A stretch of DNA of 64,000 nucleotides from Octopus sinensis. Its lineage: Eukaryota. The notes below the pieces were generated by a model that saw nothing but the letters and a program-made list of their open reading frames with translations, did no database searches and was not told the DNA's origin. The stretch is taken from positions 1,178,001 to 1,242,000 of the forward strand of contig NC_043017.1 in assembly GCF_006345805.1 (NCBI RefSeq), in the 5' to 3' direction. Shown in pieces: positions 24,481-37,675 of the stretch; positions within the stretch are counted from its first letter, which is position 1, and each line of letters starts with the position of its first letter. The position numbers were made by a program, and so were the translations under genes.

Positions 24481-24739
24481 AGGAGCTGTTGTAGTAGCAG
24501 ACCACGAAACAAGGCTGAAGTTCCTCCAATATAATGTAATTTTAAATAACCTTCGTATTCCAATTTCTTTCACCTTTCAATGAGTAGCAGACGAGAGACT
24601 CTCTTTCCACACACACACAACACAGGCTACTCTTTTAAGCTTTTTGGATAAAGTTTTCAGAAATAACCCAATAGGATTACCATTAATTCCGTGAAATATT
24701 CATGAGTCCCGCTAAATAATATTAATAAAGGTTAAGGCC

Positions 24740-24950
24740 GTGAACTTGCAGAATCTTTTGACACACCGACGAAAATACTTAAAGGCATTCCGTCCGTGTT
24801 TACGTCCTGAATTTAAATTCCACTGAAGTCGACTTTGACTTTCACCCTCGGGGTCGATAAGATAAGTACCGCTTGAGTACTGTAATTGACTTAGCTGCTG
24901 GCCTGAACTTGGCTTTGTACCAGTATATGAAACCAATATTAGTAGAGGTT
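24740..24950 (+). repeat. SINE family A copy, diverged
   Basis: GTCGACTTTGACTTTCACCCTCGGGGTCGATAAGATAAGTACC. Confidence 0.65.
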
Positions 24951-26287
24951 GCAAACAATCTACATGCCAAGGCCTGTGGCTTAGTGGTTAAGATGTTACA
25001 CACATGTTTGCAAGAACTGAGTTTCTATTCCCGGAGTGTACTGAACATCGTGCTCTTGAGTAAAAGACTTTTCCGTTACTCCAATCTACATCTGTACATA
25101 AGCAGTCCATTGACGGACTAGTGTTCCGTTGTGGAACTCATCGGTCAATGTAGACCGTGATAGACTAAGTCCGAAGCCAAGATTGGACGTTACTGATGTT
25201 ACCCTCTTTATCATATGGTTAGGATGGATTCATGATAACGGTTTTCAGTGTTCTTGATTAAAGCACTTCATTTCACGTTTCTGAAGCAAACTCAGCTGAA
25301 ATGCGTCAACCAGCAACGGACTTACATCCACTTAAGCAGATATGTTATTATGTCGGTCACTTATACCCCATGAAATCAAGGTAACTTTCCATGTGAGTCC
25401 TTGCACTCAAGCCAGTAATATCCAGAGACTGACGATGATATGGATTTCTATGTAAGAAATAATCACTATTGGAAATGTTTTGAAGCAATAAACCTGGTAT
25501 TTCATTGTTAGAAAACAGCATTACTCTCGAACCAAAGCGGGAACCCCTAGGCTGTCATTGAACCTGTAAGAAATAGTCGCACCATATCTCTTTCAAATCA
25601 TATAATACTGATGTAAAAAGAGAAAAGAAAAACGAAAGCTACCTTGTATCAAATTATACTAGACACACTTTCTTAGAAAGAAAATAAGAAGGGAATGCCA
25701 TAGATAGAAAGCTTACGACTGCTGGCTTTCTCAAATACAACAGATGTGCTAACAAACGCCAACAAAAACGAGATATTAATTTTGTAGAAGTGGATGTATA
25801 GCTGTAACTTTGTGGGTTTCATCAAATAAAAGCAATGTATATAGAACGTAAACAAACACACACATATCCAGAATAATATACTGCTGACCTGAAGGGATAG
25901 GAAGTTTCTGCATATACTACGTTGCAGGGATACAGCTGTAGGGGGGATTATTGTAAGTATTTGTGCCTGTGTTTGTATATCGATTCGGTTATATTGTGCG
26001 TTAACATTATATAGGAAGAGATTAAAGTATCACGTTTAACTTGTATATGATGGTAAAATATACTGGAAGGATTACTTGTTGCAGTTCATATACATACATA
26101 CACATTAACATGCATAAACATGCATATAGATATACATACGTACACATTCACAAAGACGCACACATACATATATATACATGTATGAATCCACATACGCATA
26201 TATATATATGTGTGTGTGTGTGTGTCTGTGTTCATTTATGTACGTGTATATATATTCATATATGTATATATATATTTACATATTATA

Positions 26288-26348
<61 letters not shown>

Positions 26349-26357
26349 TCATATATA

Positions 26358-26398
<41 letters not shown>

Positions 26399-26495
26399 CG
26401 TACACACAGACACACACATGTATGTAAAGAAGAGAAAGATAGATTGTGAGTGTGTTTATGTGGAGCAATAGATAAGTGGTCGACACACATATAAG

Positions 26496-27362
26496 TTGAA
26501 GCAATCAAGCAAAAGAGAACTTTCCCGTAGTTTAAATATTTGCTATAACAGACTGTTTTATCTGCTCAGCTCTACACTATATTACTTAAAGTTTCCCGAA
26601 CAAAGCAGAACACACATTCCTCCAGACGCTCTTATTCTTAGAGGAAACGTTTCATTCATTCCTCAGAGAGGAAACTCTTTCTTTCATTCCTTGAATGTCA
26701 AAAAAATTAAATGCAGGTCTCTTAGAGATTTTGCTGCATTTGTCAATAAATTTCCTTTGAATTATGTACAGCATTTTGCATCTTCCTGAACACATGGTAC
26801 GCCTGCATTGGATCACTTTATCTCTTAGATATAGAAGGTAGGCGTGGAAATCTCTTACATTACTAACCACCGTCATAAAAACTAAAGGATACGCATTGAG
26901 CTAGGCAGTCTTATATCTCGGGTATAGAACGTGACAGCCATAGCTGGAGAGTCATTGATCATAGGTCTACTACACTATAACAGCTAAGCTGAGGCTAAGA
27001 TGTTACTACAACAAGATCAATATTATCATGATTATTTGCTTCACTGAACACCATGTATATGAATTCACTTCAATCATGGATCTTATCTAAAGAAGTGTTA
27101 ATTTCTGCTGCAGGCGTTCGTTATATCCATTAATGTTACGTCGCATTGTGTAAACGCATGGAATTAAGACATTCTAATTAAGTGTCGACGGTTTTCGCCG
27201 TCATCATCAATGCAACTGCGCTCACACACCTACATCGCAGTTGTACATTTATGCACACACACACACATATAGTTTTTATACATGCACGAATACACACACA
27301 CACACACACACCACCACACACACACACACACACACAACACAACACACACACACACACATTAT

Positions 27363-27416
<54 letters not shown>

Positions 27417-27966
27417 GAGAGAGAGAGAGGTTGTATATATGCCTATACATATATATGCAAACTTATATATGTATACACGCACATACACACACAAACACAC
27501 ACACTATGCATATATATATATATGTATATATACACATCGTGAAGTATATTTGCCACTTATTGTGAAGTATATTTGCCTCGCTCTGAGATTTATTATTGCT
27601 TATGTATACACATATATACATTTATTTATAAAGACATATAAATATAGGCATATAATTGCACGCACATACAAAAATGCTTGTTGACGCAACTGAATAAATC
27701 TCCGCAAGATTTGACAATGAGTAATCCGTCGTTCAATCAGATTGAATGCCTCGTCATTTCATTCGCACGTCCAGAAACCCTGCTGACTATGCTCAGCCGA
27801 TGAGCCATGCACCAGCCCGAGTCTACTGTAAATATTACTGGCTCATGTATATTCATAAGCTGGCTCAGTTTGTAACAAAAACTCTTCATTTCAACTCAGT
27901 TTTATACGTGCCATAGTCGAAGCTCTTGGCCTAGGGGTCACATTTGTGTCTTTCTGTCGATTATAA

Positions 27967-28041
<75 letters not shown>

Positions 28042-29200
28042 GCATTCACACATACAAGCACGCGCGTGCACACACACGCACACTCACACTCACACTATCT
28101 AGCAGAAAAATCAGCTATCAATCCCTCTTCTTAAATCTCTTGAAGATGTTGTTTTAGACTTGAAATATTGAAGTACCAAGAAATAGTACTAAGCACTGAC
28201 CTGTATGATTAATGTGTTTATAACAGGCATTGTTTTAGCATTAAAAGATGTTTAAATTGCACAAACTATCATACACGCATAACAATAATCAATTGTTGGC
28301 TAGTTTATTCCGTTTAACATCTATTGCTCTTGCGTTTTAGGAGGCCTAATGTTGAAGAATAATGGTGTGACAACTTCTACAAAATAATACAACTTCTACA
28401 AAAGACCTGCTGCATAATTTTTTATAGTATCTGATATCTCCACTTTACATTCGAGACTCACGGTATATTAGCGAACTTCCTCGGTTTTACTCTAACCCCG
28501 CACGATATTAATTATTTCCCATATTTCAAACCTAAAAAATCTATTAATTAGATCTGTAAAAAATTCAACCACGCCAGAAATATCTTTTGAAGCAGGTTCA
28601 GAAATCTGTCTAAGAATATCCCTTCGTTCAATCGAGAAATATATTTCCCTCGGTGCATCTCAATACTAATATGCCGTCTCGGTCGTATTACATTAACTCT
28701 CTTGCATGCAAAGAATTAATTTCGCCTGGCGACATTTCCTTATGCGTCTGTTTTATGTGTTGTCAGCTGCTGCTACCGACACTTCTCTCTTCTCTTTGTA
28801 TCGTGGATGGCATAACCGCTTGTAATTTGCAAAAAATATTCGGGGAAATTTCCCAGTAAAGGCTTCTATAAAATGCAAAAATTTACAGGCCTGAGATAAG
28901 AATCTTGAACAACTGAAAAGAACTAAGAGTACTTGAAATCAGTTGCATAACTGAGATCGACAGATCGTATTTGATGGTGTGGACGCTCCATGGCTTATCA
29001 AAGGCAGCACAATTTCAGCTGCGCTTATTCAGTAAAAGATTATTAGTATTTTTTAATCCTTATAATATGGCCCAAATATTCGTATCAGACATGAAGCATT
29101 TTGCAGACATTTTTTCTTTATTTTTTTGGCAAACTGTAAATCTTACATGTCATCAGATACGGTAACGTTAGATAAAAAGGAGAACATCGATGTGTAGCTA
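26496..29200 (+). pseudogene. Decayed LRR (Toll-like ectodomain type) coding remnant broken by microsatellites
   Basis: RSLNICYNRL, LILRGN, SFNQIECL, LHKLSYTHNN (28257), LGGLMLKNNGV (28337), KELRVLEISCITEIDR then VFDGV (28917-28981). Confidence 0.55.
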
Positions 29201-29269
29201 ATTACAAAGCTGCAGTTAATTCTAGGTCGATATTACTATCGATTTCTAGCAAAAGTGTTTGGTTTCAAG

Positions 29270-29470
29270 CTTTAGAACAAGGCCAACAATTTCGGGGTGG
29301 GGAAAAGGGGATTATATCTACTCTAGTACGCAACTGGTACTTATTTTATCGATCTCTAAAGGATGGAAGGCTAAGTCTATCTACCTCAGTGGTGTTTTAA
29401 CGCAGACTGACAAAATGCTGCTAAGCAATGTTTTCGGTCTGCCAAAGATTCTGTCATCCAGTTGGCTTAC
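29270..29470 (-). repeat. SINE family A copy, diverged
   Basis: Reverse-complement match to the TACCAG/GATAA/CCTTT body. Confidence 0.6.
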
Positions 29471-29479
29471 TTCTAGCAA

Positions 29480-30230
29480 TAGTTATTGGAACACTTGGTT
29501 ACGTGACTCAATGCCTCAATACCATGCTGGAATTCATAACAACACTTCTAATAAGAAGTTTATAGCTATTGGCAAAATATTAAAAAATATCCTTGAATTT
29601 CTGATTGTTTTAACATCCGTATGCACAATATATTGCTTGGCATCTTGGGCCAGTAACTTTTACCGTATCTGTCTGTATTGAAAAATCCCAGAATATGGCT
29701 GCTTTGTAATTTTCTGTAACCTTGTCCGGAACATGCTTAAACCACTTGTTCTTTACTTCTGTAGCCAGTCCATACTGCTGGCGCATGTCCCAGTGGATAT
29801 AGATCTCAACTCACTCATCTCGGAGCATATCCCTTCATAGCCAGGACCGAGCAGCCAGAGACAAAATCATTTACTGTTTCTTCCCCATCACCAAATGTTC
29901 GACAGCTACTCGCTTTGTGTTTTATGTGGTTTCTGGAGGGGCGGGTGACTTCTTTTGTCACTGAACAAAAACATTCAGTTTCTGCTTTGAGTTCCAAGCT
30001 TCTCAACCCATTTTTGGGATTCTACTTTGTGTAATTCATTTCCGTTTAGCTTATCCCAGTATATATGCTATGTGAAGGCTTTTCTTGCCATCCTTTTATC
30101 AGGGTATGTTATATTAATAGTCCCAGTTTTAGCTTAAATTGTTGTTGCTTCATAGCTTTTAACCATTTTTGTTTTCGTTCATTAGTTGTCAGGTATTATG
30201 GCCGCGTTTTCTGTTTTGTTTTGGCTACAT
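29480..30230 (-). mobile_element. R4/Dong-like LINE fragment
   Basis: LKAETE, CRTFGDGEETVNDFVSGCSVLA, WFKHVPDKVTENYKAAIFWDFSIQTD; many frameshifts; lies next to the (ATT)n array at 30293-30612. Confidence 0.75.
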
Positions 30231-30292
30231 TGAAAACTACTAACAGCGTTTTTTGTTCGAGGCGGGGGGGGGATCTGCTCGTACTTTACTAT

Positions 30293-30294
30293 TA

Positions 30295-30334
<40 letters not shown>

Positions 30335-30340
30335 TATTAC

Positions 30341-30412
<72 letters not shown>

Positions 30413-30427
30413 CATTATTATTATTAC

Positions 30428-30478
<51 letters not shown>

Positions 30479-30540
30479 GATTACTATTACTATTATTATT
30501 ATTATCATTATTATTATCATTATTATTATTATTATTATTA

Positions 30541-30593
<53 letters not shown>

Positions 30594-30612
30594 TATTATT
30601 ATTATTATTATT
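30293..30612. repeat. (ATT)n microsatellite, representative of trinucleotide arrays
   Basis: Others: (GAA)n 18850-19020, (AAT)n 40150-40330 and 45783-45880, (ATT)n 47447-47650, (GAT)n 48090-48330 and 53483-53575, (CTA)n 55475-55625. Confidence 0.95.
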
Positions 30613-31104
30613 ATCAATAGTAAATCTAGTGGGTATTATTACTGTTACAATAATTATTATGTATATATATAAATATATATGTGTTCTGTGCTTGAGTGTA
30701 ACTGTGATTCTGTTTGCGTGTATTAATGTATTTGTAAATTTGTGTGTATGTATATAAGAGATTATGCTTCCTGAATTCATTTTCTGTGATTTACTCCCCA
30801 ATTTCAGTAATACAAGCCAAAAAGGGGGAAAAAACTATTCCCTTTCATGCGAATTTAGACAACATCAAACGGGGCAGTGTTGCATGTCAATATCTACGCC
30901 TGCATATGTATGAGAACAGGAACACATTGAGTTTTTGAAGCCCCTAGATATGGCGTGGTCGTTGACTTCAACGTTATTGTGGTACATATATCTTATCGAA
31001 GGCAGGTGATGGGAATTTCAAACGCTCTTTTCGTTGATAATATACACATATATATTATATGTGTGACAATGTATGTATGCATGCATTCATGGATGTGTAT
31101 CTAC

Positions 31105-31504
31105 TCTATTCTTTACTCTTTTATTTGTTTCAGTCATTTGACTGCGGCCTTGCTGGACCACCGCCTCTAGTCGAGCAAATCGACCCCAGGACTTATTCTT
31201 TGTAAGCCTAGTACTTAATCTATCGGTCGCTTGTGTCGAACCGCTAAGTTACGGGGACGTAAACACACCAGCATCGTTTGTCAAGTGATGTTGGGGTTAC
31301 AAACACAGACACACAAACACACACATACACACATATATATATATATATACATATATACGATGGGCTTCTTTCAGTTTCCGTCTGCCAAATCCACTCACAA
31401 GGCTATAGTAGAAGACACTAGCCCAAGGTGCCACGCAGTGTGACTGAACACGGAACCAACGTGATTGTTAAGCAAGCTACTTACCACACGGCCACTCCTG
31501 CACC
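31105..31504 (-). repeat. Full-length SINE family B
   Basis: Tail TTTCAGTCATTTGACTGCGGCC, central (CA)/(TA), CORE-like CCCAAGGTGCCACGCAGTG, head TTACCACACGGCCACTCCTG. Confidence 0.85.
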
Positions 31505-31689
31505 TTTTATAAGCATTTATATGTATGAGACAATGTACATTTATGCGTATAGCTCTCCATGTATGCTTCTTCTATGTCTGTATGCGGTGTGTATATGCGC
31601 GCATGTTCATATATGAATCCTCGTCATTTTATATATTAATGTATGGCAGGAAGTCTACCAAGTGCTTGTGACTAAATCTCGATGCATGC

Positions 31690-31739
<50 letters not shown>

Positions 31740-31961
31740 TGTGTGTGTGTGTGTGTGTGCCTGTGAGTATGGATATGTTTGCGTATTCAAATGTGCATGG
31801 GCACGTCCGAATAAACGCCTAGAAACAGCTCTCGCCAACACGCTAATCAACTGTTAGCGTAGCGATTATTATAAATCTCAGAATTAATGCCTGCGGCAAA
31901 TACATGTTACTGGGCGGGGATCAGAAGGAATTTCCTAGAGCTGGTTTCTTGGTTTGTCATA

Positions 31962-32012
<51 letters not shown>

Positions 32013-32287
32013 CAACAATTGAGGAAAATTAATTAATTAATCAATTTCACCAAGTATTCAGTATGCAAAGGGACCATTTAAGGCGAATTCAAATTATTAC
32101 ATTATATAACAGGCTTAGTAAATAAATTACTTTGCCGCATACTGAACTCATTAGAAATAGCAGCCAAAAAAACTTTTTTAAAACTATTTCTAATACTTAA
32201 AGAAACCTCTCTCATATAGTGTTTGCTCAATTCAACTCACGCAAATATGGGGGTAGAGACATTAAAAAATCAAGTGCAAAGGTTATT

Positions 32288-32340
32288 TGAGAACGTACGT
32301 TTCAAGATTAGTCAAAGTCGATATTTCTATCATCAGCTCA
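32288..32340 (-). ncRNA. Type I hammerhead ribozyme motif in a (TA)n-flanked Penelope-like repeat (~32010-32545)
   Basis: UGAG-CUGAUGA-[U AGA...UCU U]-GAAA-CGUACGU-U-CUCA: intact core, stem I UGAG/CUCA, palindromic stem III ACGUACGU, cleavage site UU. Confidence 0.7.
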
Positions 32341-32548
32341 GAACTCCCTGGTTTGGATTTGAAAGCACTGAAAGTGGGAGCATACCCTTTCGGCTTACTC
32401 TCGCTTCTGAAGATCTGCTCGTAACTAACAGTGCCAACAAACTCAAAAATGCAAGCGAAGAATTTCTGCTCTCCCCTTTCCACAGCGTGGGTTAAAATCA
32501 GTAAACACTATGCTTTTTTCGGTAAAATCCGCGGCATTATATAGAGAG

Positions 32549-32930
<382 letters not shown>

Positions 32931-32932
32931 AT

Positions 32933-35900
32933 CTATAACTTAGAATAACTTAGAAAGGTTTTGGCCAGTATTGGCCCAGGCCATGTCTAACTTAATAGCA
33001 CCACCTGGCGAAGTCTTTCAGTTCAGGATTTGGCACCAAGGCCCATTCGAGCAGAGAGTTATTGTTTGCGGAGACATATCCGGGTGTGGGTGGTTTGTCC
33101 GGTACTGTTTGAAGGAATTTGTCCAAAGACTTCTTGAATTTTGTGTGGTCAGTTTCTTTTTTGACGTGTCCTGGTGTAATGTTGAAGAGAGCAGGTCCAA
33201 ATGAGGTGAAATAGTTGTGCCGTATTGTCGTTATGTGATGCGATTTAGATTTTTGTTGTGGACGGATGGCACGTGGTCCAAGCCTTGGATGCATTTTGAA
33301 GGTGATGCCAACATCATTCGGACAGTGCTGATGGATATTTTCCACATCATACAGATAATGTAGCGTTCACGGCGTCGTTGGAGTGAATACAATTTCAGCT
33401 TCTCTAGTCTACCCCAGTAGTCAAGGTCTGACATGCCATCTATCTTTTTTGTGATTGACCTTTGGGGAGCTTCAATTCTCATAATATTTTGTTTTGTGTA
33501 GGGAGACCACAGTGGACAGCAGTATTCAAGGTGGGGTCGGGCAAAAGTGGAGAAGAGAAGGATAATAGCGTGGGAATCTCTCGACTGGAAGGTTCTGAGA
33601 ATCCAGGAACACATTCTGCGGGCCATGTCAACTTTGCTGCTTATATGTGTAGCCCAGCTTATGTTGTTGTCCACTGTTACTCCCAGGTCTCTGATGTTGT
33701 TGGATGCCATGAGAATTTCTCCAGAAGGAAGAGAGTATGGGAGTTTCAGAGCGTCCTCCCTTCCAAAGTGGATCAGTTCGAATTTGTCTTCATTTAGCAA
33801 CATGTTATTCTTTTCCGCCCATTGGACAACAGCCAGTAGGTCTGACTGAAGGTTTATTCGGTCATCCACGCCATTGATGACCTTCTGGAGCTTGGAATCA
33901 TCAGCGAAGGTTCTGATGTTGCTGTGTTTGATGGTGTCAGTAATATCATTTATGTAGATGATGAAGAGAAGTGGGCCCAACAGAGTTCCTTGTGGGACAC
34001 CACTGCTGACTTTGGCTGGGCTGGATTTGACTCCTTCGACTACAACATGTTGGGTTCTGTTAGAGAGGAAGCACTTGATCCATTGCAGCAGCTTTCCAGT
34101 GACACCAATATTGGACAGCTTTCTCAGAAGGATCTTATGATCAACCCTGTCAAAGGCCTTGCTGAAATCAAGGTAGATGACATCAGTGTTGGAACCCTCT
34201 CCCAAGGCTCTCAAAATGTCATCAAAATGATGCAGTAGCTGCGTCAGGCAATCTCTCCCATTACGGAATCCATGCTGGTTGGGGTTCAGCATATTATGAC
34301 TCTCAAGGAAGTGAGTCATACGCGATCTCAGCACCCTCTCAAATACCTTGATGATATGAGAGGTGAGTGAGATTGGACGGTAATTCACGGCAAGCGATTT
34401 GTTTCCTTTTTTGAAAACTGGGACAACAGTCTTCTGGTATATATCCAGCATCCAGTGAGTTCCGCCACAGATTGGCTAGAGGGGGTGCAAGTTGGTTTTG
34501 ACACATCTTCAAGACACAAGCAGGGAACCTATCGGGACCTACTGCTGAATTATGCTTCATTTCCTTTATTGCTGCTAAGACATCAGGAGCGCCAAATGTT
34601 ATGTCCGATAAAGTGTATTGGGGAGTAACATCACTGATACAGCCCAGATCAGTCATATCAGGATTGCTGAAAACAGAGCAATATTGTTTCTGCAATATTT
34701 CTCCCATGGTTTTGGCATTGTCTTGAAGAGTACCATTTTCATCAATCAGAGGGCCAACAGTAGAACCAGTGACTCTGTGTTTTTTTGCAAATGAAAAGAA
34801 CACTTTGGGATTGAGTTTGATCTTCTCAATGGCCCAGGCCTCTTCAGCTCTTCGCTGACTATTGATGATAGACATCATGTTGTTTTGGAGTTTATGTTTT
34901 TTAATCTCTAGCGACGAGATGGCAGTCAGGTTGGTGTGTTGCTGTTGACAGTATTTCAGCATGTTGATCTTTTTGTTGATTCTTTTAATTTTCCTTATGA
35001 GAGATTTTCTATTTCTAGGGATTCGACACTTAGATTTGTTTGCAGATCTTAATGGGGTGTGTCTTGCACATATGTTCGTGATGGTGTCTACAAGTGACTG
35101 CCAGGACTTTTTGATGTTAGTGGGGTGTGTATGTGTGCGTGAAGGACCAATCGACTTGTGCAAGATCATTATTGATCGCTTCCCAGTTTGCATTGTGGAA
35201 ATCCATAGTGTCAAATGGATGAACAGGAGGAATGACATTTGTTTTGCATTTTGGCCAGTGAAATCTCAGATCACAGAGAACCATGTCATGGTCGGAGAGT
35301 AGGGTTTTCTCCACTGCAATATTGTGGATAGTATCAGTGTGATTGCTGAAAATTAAGTCTAAGACGTTTTTGTGACATCTCGTTGGTTCGAGTACCAGTT
35401 GGGACAAGAAGAAGTCATCCATGAAGTCAAGAAGCGATTCCACTGCCTCCCTGTCAGGGGTTGAGAGAGAAGAACCTGGCGGCAGACTGTTTGTAGACCA
35501 GTCAACCCCGGGAAGGTTGAAATCTCCCATCATTAAAATGTTGTCAGGTTGACACTGCTGAATGAAACACTTTATGCTGTTGAGGCATTCCTTGAAGCAT
35601 GGTAGTGGCGTTTGGGATGGTCTGTAGAGCCCAACTACTGTTAAGTTGTTGGTTTGACTGAATACAGCGACTGCTTCGCAGTATCCATTCGAAAATATGT
35701 TCATGGCTTCTGTTGAGAATGAATCATGGACATAAATGGCAGTCCCACCCTTTCTTCTGCCAACACGATCAGCACGAATGGTTTTGAAATTTTTAACTTT
35801 CACCTCGGCTTCCAAGTGGAGGTCACTAAGATGGGTTTCAGTGAGGACGAAGAAAGGGATGTGGTTTGGATGGGCCTCGACCCAGTCCTCCAGGAATCTT

Positions 35901-37640
35901 ATCTTCCATTTTTGTGTATTGGTGGAAGGGCTGATGCCTTGGGCATTAAGCAGAAATGTTGAGGCGAGAGTGGATGGTTTTAATTGTTTTGGTGATTTGT
36001 TTATTTGATTGCTTTTTAATGGCATGTGTAGTGGGGTAATAGTGGTGGATGGCGGTGGGTGATAGCTCGGATGTTTTTTTCCAGTTCTTTTGCTAGATTC
36101 ATTATAGCTAAAAAGAGGAAGAAGAGGTGGTTTCCTGTCTAGGGAACCGCAGGTGACTGTGGCCGCGGCTATTTTTATGTGAGTGGTTATCTTTAAATGT
36201 CCGACGAGTCCCGGGAGATGGGTAAAGGGGCAATCCCTGTGCAAACACAATCTGTCTCGCTGGGAATAGCGGCAGATTTGGGGATTCCTTGTTTGAGATA
36301 TTGGTGGTTGTGGTGATGTTGTATTATGGTGGTTGCTGTTGTAGTTTGTGGGGATAGAGCGTTTTGTTCCAGGTAAATGGGTGAATTTGCAGTCTCTATC
36401 AGTGCACAGTCTATGGCGAAGAGAATATCGGCAAATGATGGGGTTTCGAGTGGGTGTGTATGTGCGTGTGTGTGTGTGAGCTGTGAAAGGTGTAGATGAT
36501 AGTTTGTTGAAGTTTTGGCGACCTTTGTGACCTGTAGGAGGTAAATTCCTTGAGATAGCATTAGTAGTAGTAGCTGTAGTAGTAGTAGTAGGTAGAAGAG
36601 ATGTTGACAGTGGTAATGATTGAGGAGGTCGATTCCAAGACAAAGATGTTTGTCGATATATAGTGGGAGTAGTACTAGTAGTAGTAAGCAGAGGAGATGG
36701 TGTTGACAATGATGATGATTGAGCTGCTGGGGCAGTGAAAGGAAGGGGTGGTGCTTCCTGCTGTGTGACCCTGATGACTGGGGGGTCAATCGTTTCATTT
36801 AGCAAATCGGCCATTGTAGATGAATCAAGGAGTGGTTCATCCTGTTGTTGTTGTTGAGGTTGTTGTTGTTGCCTCTGAGGTTGTTGCTGCTGAAGTTGTT
36901 GTTGTTGCTGTAGCTGTTGTTGTTGTTGTTGTTGAGGTTGTTGTTGTTGTTGTTGCGCCGGTGATGCGTTCGAAGAGAAAACACATCTCAGTTTATCGAA
37001 GTGTTTATTTATTAATTTAAAAGCAACTTCGATTTGTTTTAATTTATTTTGTATCTGCTGTTCAGATCGAGTTTGCAAATGGTGAACTGTTCGTTTAGCA
37101 ATTTCGTTCAGACACGAAGCACCTATGCTCTCTGTTTCGGTAAGGCCATGCTATGTGTTGATAAGAACGTCCACTTCATTATCAGACCAGTTTTTGTTGG
37201 ATTTTTGGTGACTAGCCATTCTGGTTGATATGTTTTATTAAATTTTATTTTGTTCGTTCGTTTTGTTGATTACTTTTAATTATTATTATTATTTTTTTTT
37301 TTAAGGAGAAGTATGTAGAATTGATTGTACAGAATGTTTGTTGTAATACTGAGAAGTTTGTATTTGAATTATGAGCTTGTAGTTATTTTATCTTTCTTTT
37401 CTTTTCTTTTTTTTCCCCTCTTTTTCTAATTTTTAATGTGTGGGTGATCCTTTAGTTATCAGAAGGTGTTTGAAAATATTTGGTCGTTTGAAAATTATGA
37501 AAATAGTTTGTGGTTAAGGAAAAGTCTACTCACGAGTTGGGAAAAAGCGTGGTTTCAAATATACAGGAATATATGTGATGGTCAATTACGACGAATGTAG
37601 CTGTGAAGCTTGCTGCTGACCGGCGCAGAGAGGAGTAAAG
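32933..37640 (-). mobile_element. Near full-length CR1-type (Jockey group) LINE inserted in (TA)n
   Basis: ~420-nt putative 5' UTR, ATG at 37219, APE and RT domains, short 3' UTR ending in a 10-nt tandem repeat (TCTAAGTTAT)x2 at 32935-32954; (TA)n arrays on both flanks. The 5' boundary is approximate. Confidence 0.9.
32992..37219 (-). pseudogene. Disrupted LINE polyprotein: Myb/SANT-like, polyQ, 2x CCCH zinc finger, APE endonuclease, reverse transcriptase
   Basis: Track ORFs 35117-37078, 34339-35238, 33231-34451 and 32992-33345 join through three frameshifts; one in-frame TAG at 37151-37153. APE: LNAQG, LTETHL, RADR..RKGGTAIYV, YRP, GDFN, LDLIF, SDH. RT: YRPISLTS, QHGFR, YLDFSKAFD, GVPQG, FADD (33897-33908). 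Confidence 0.9.
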
Positions 37641-37675
37641 TATATATATAAAGTATATATATATATGTATATATA

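Noticed and set aside
26480-26900. Minus-strand TIR-like reading (RDFHAYLLY, SNIV*S*ADKTVC)
   Set aside because: Motif spacing does not fit a TIR domain, and the plus-strand LRR reading is more coherent.
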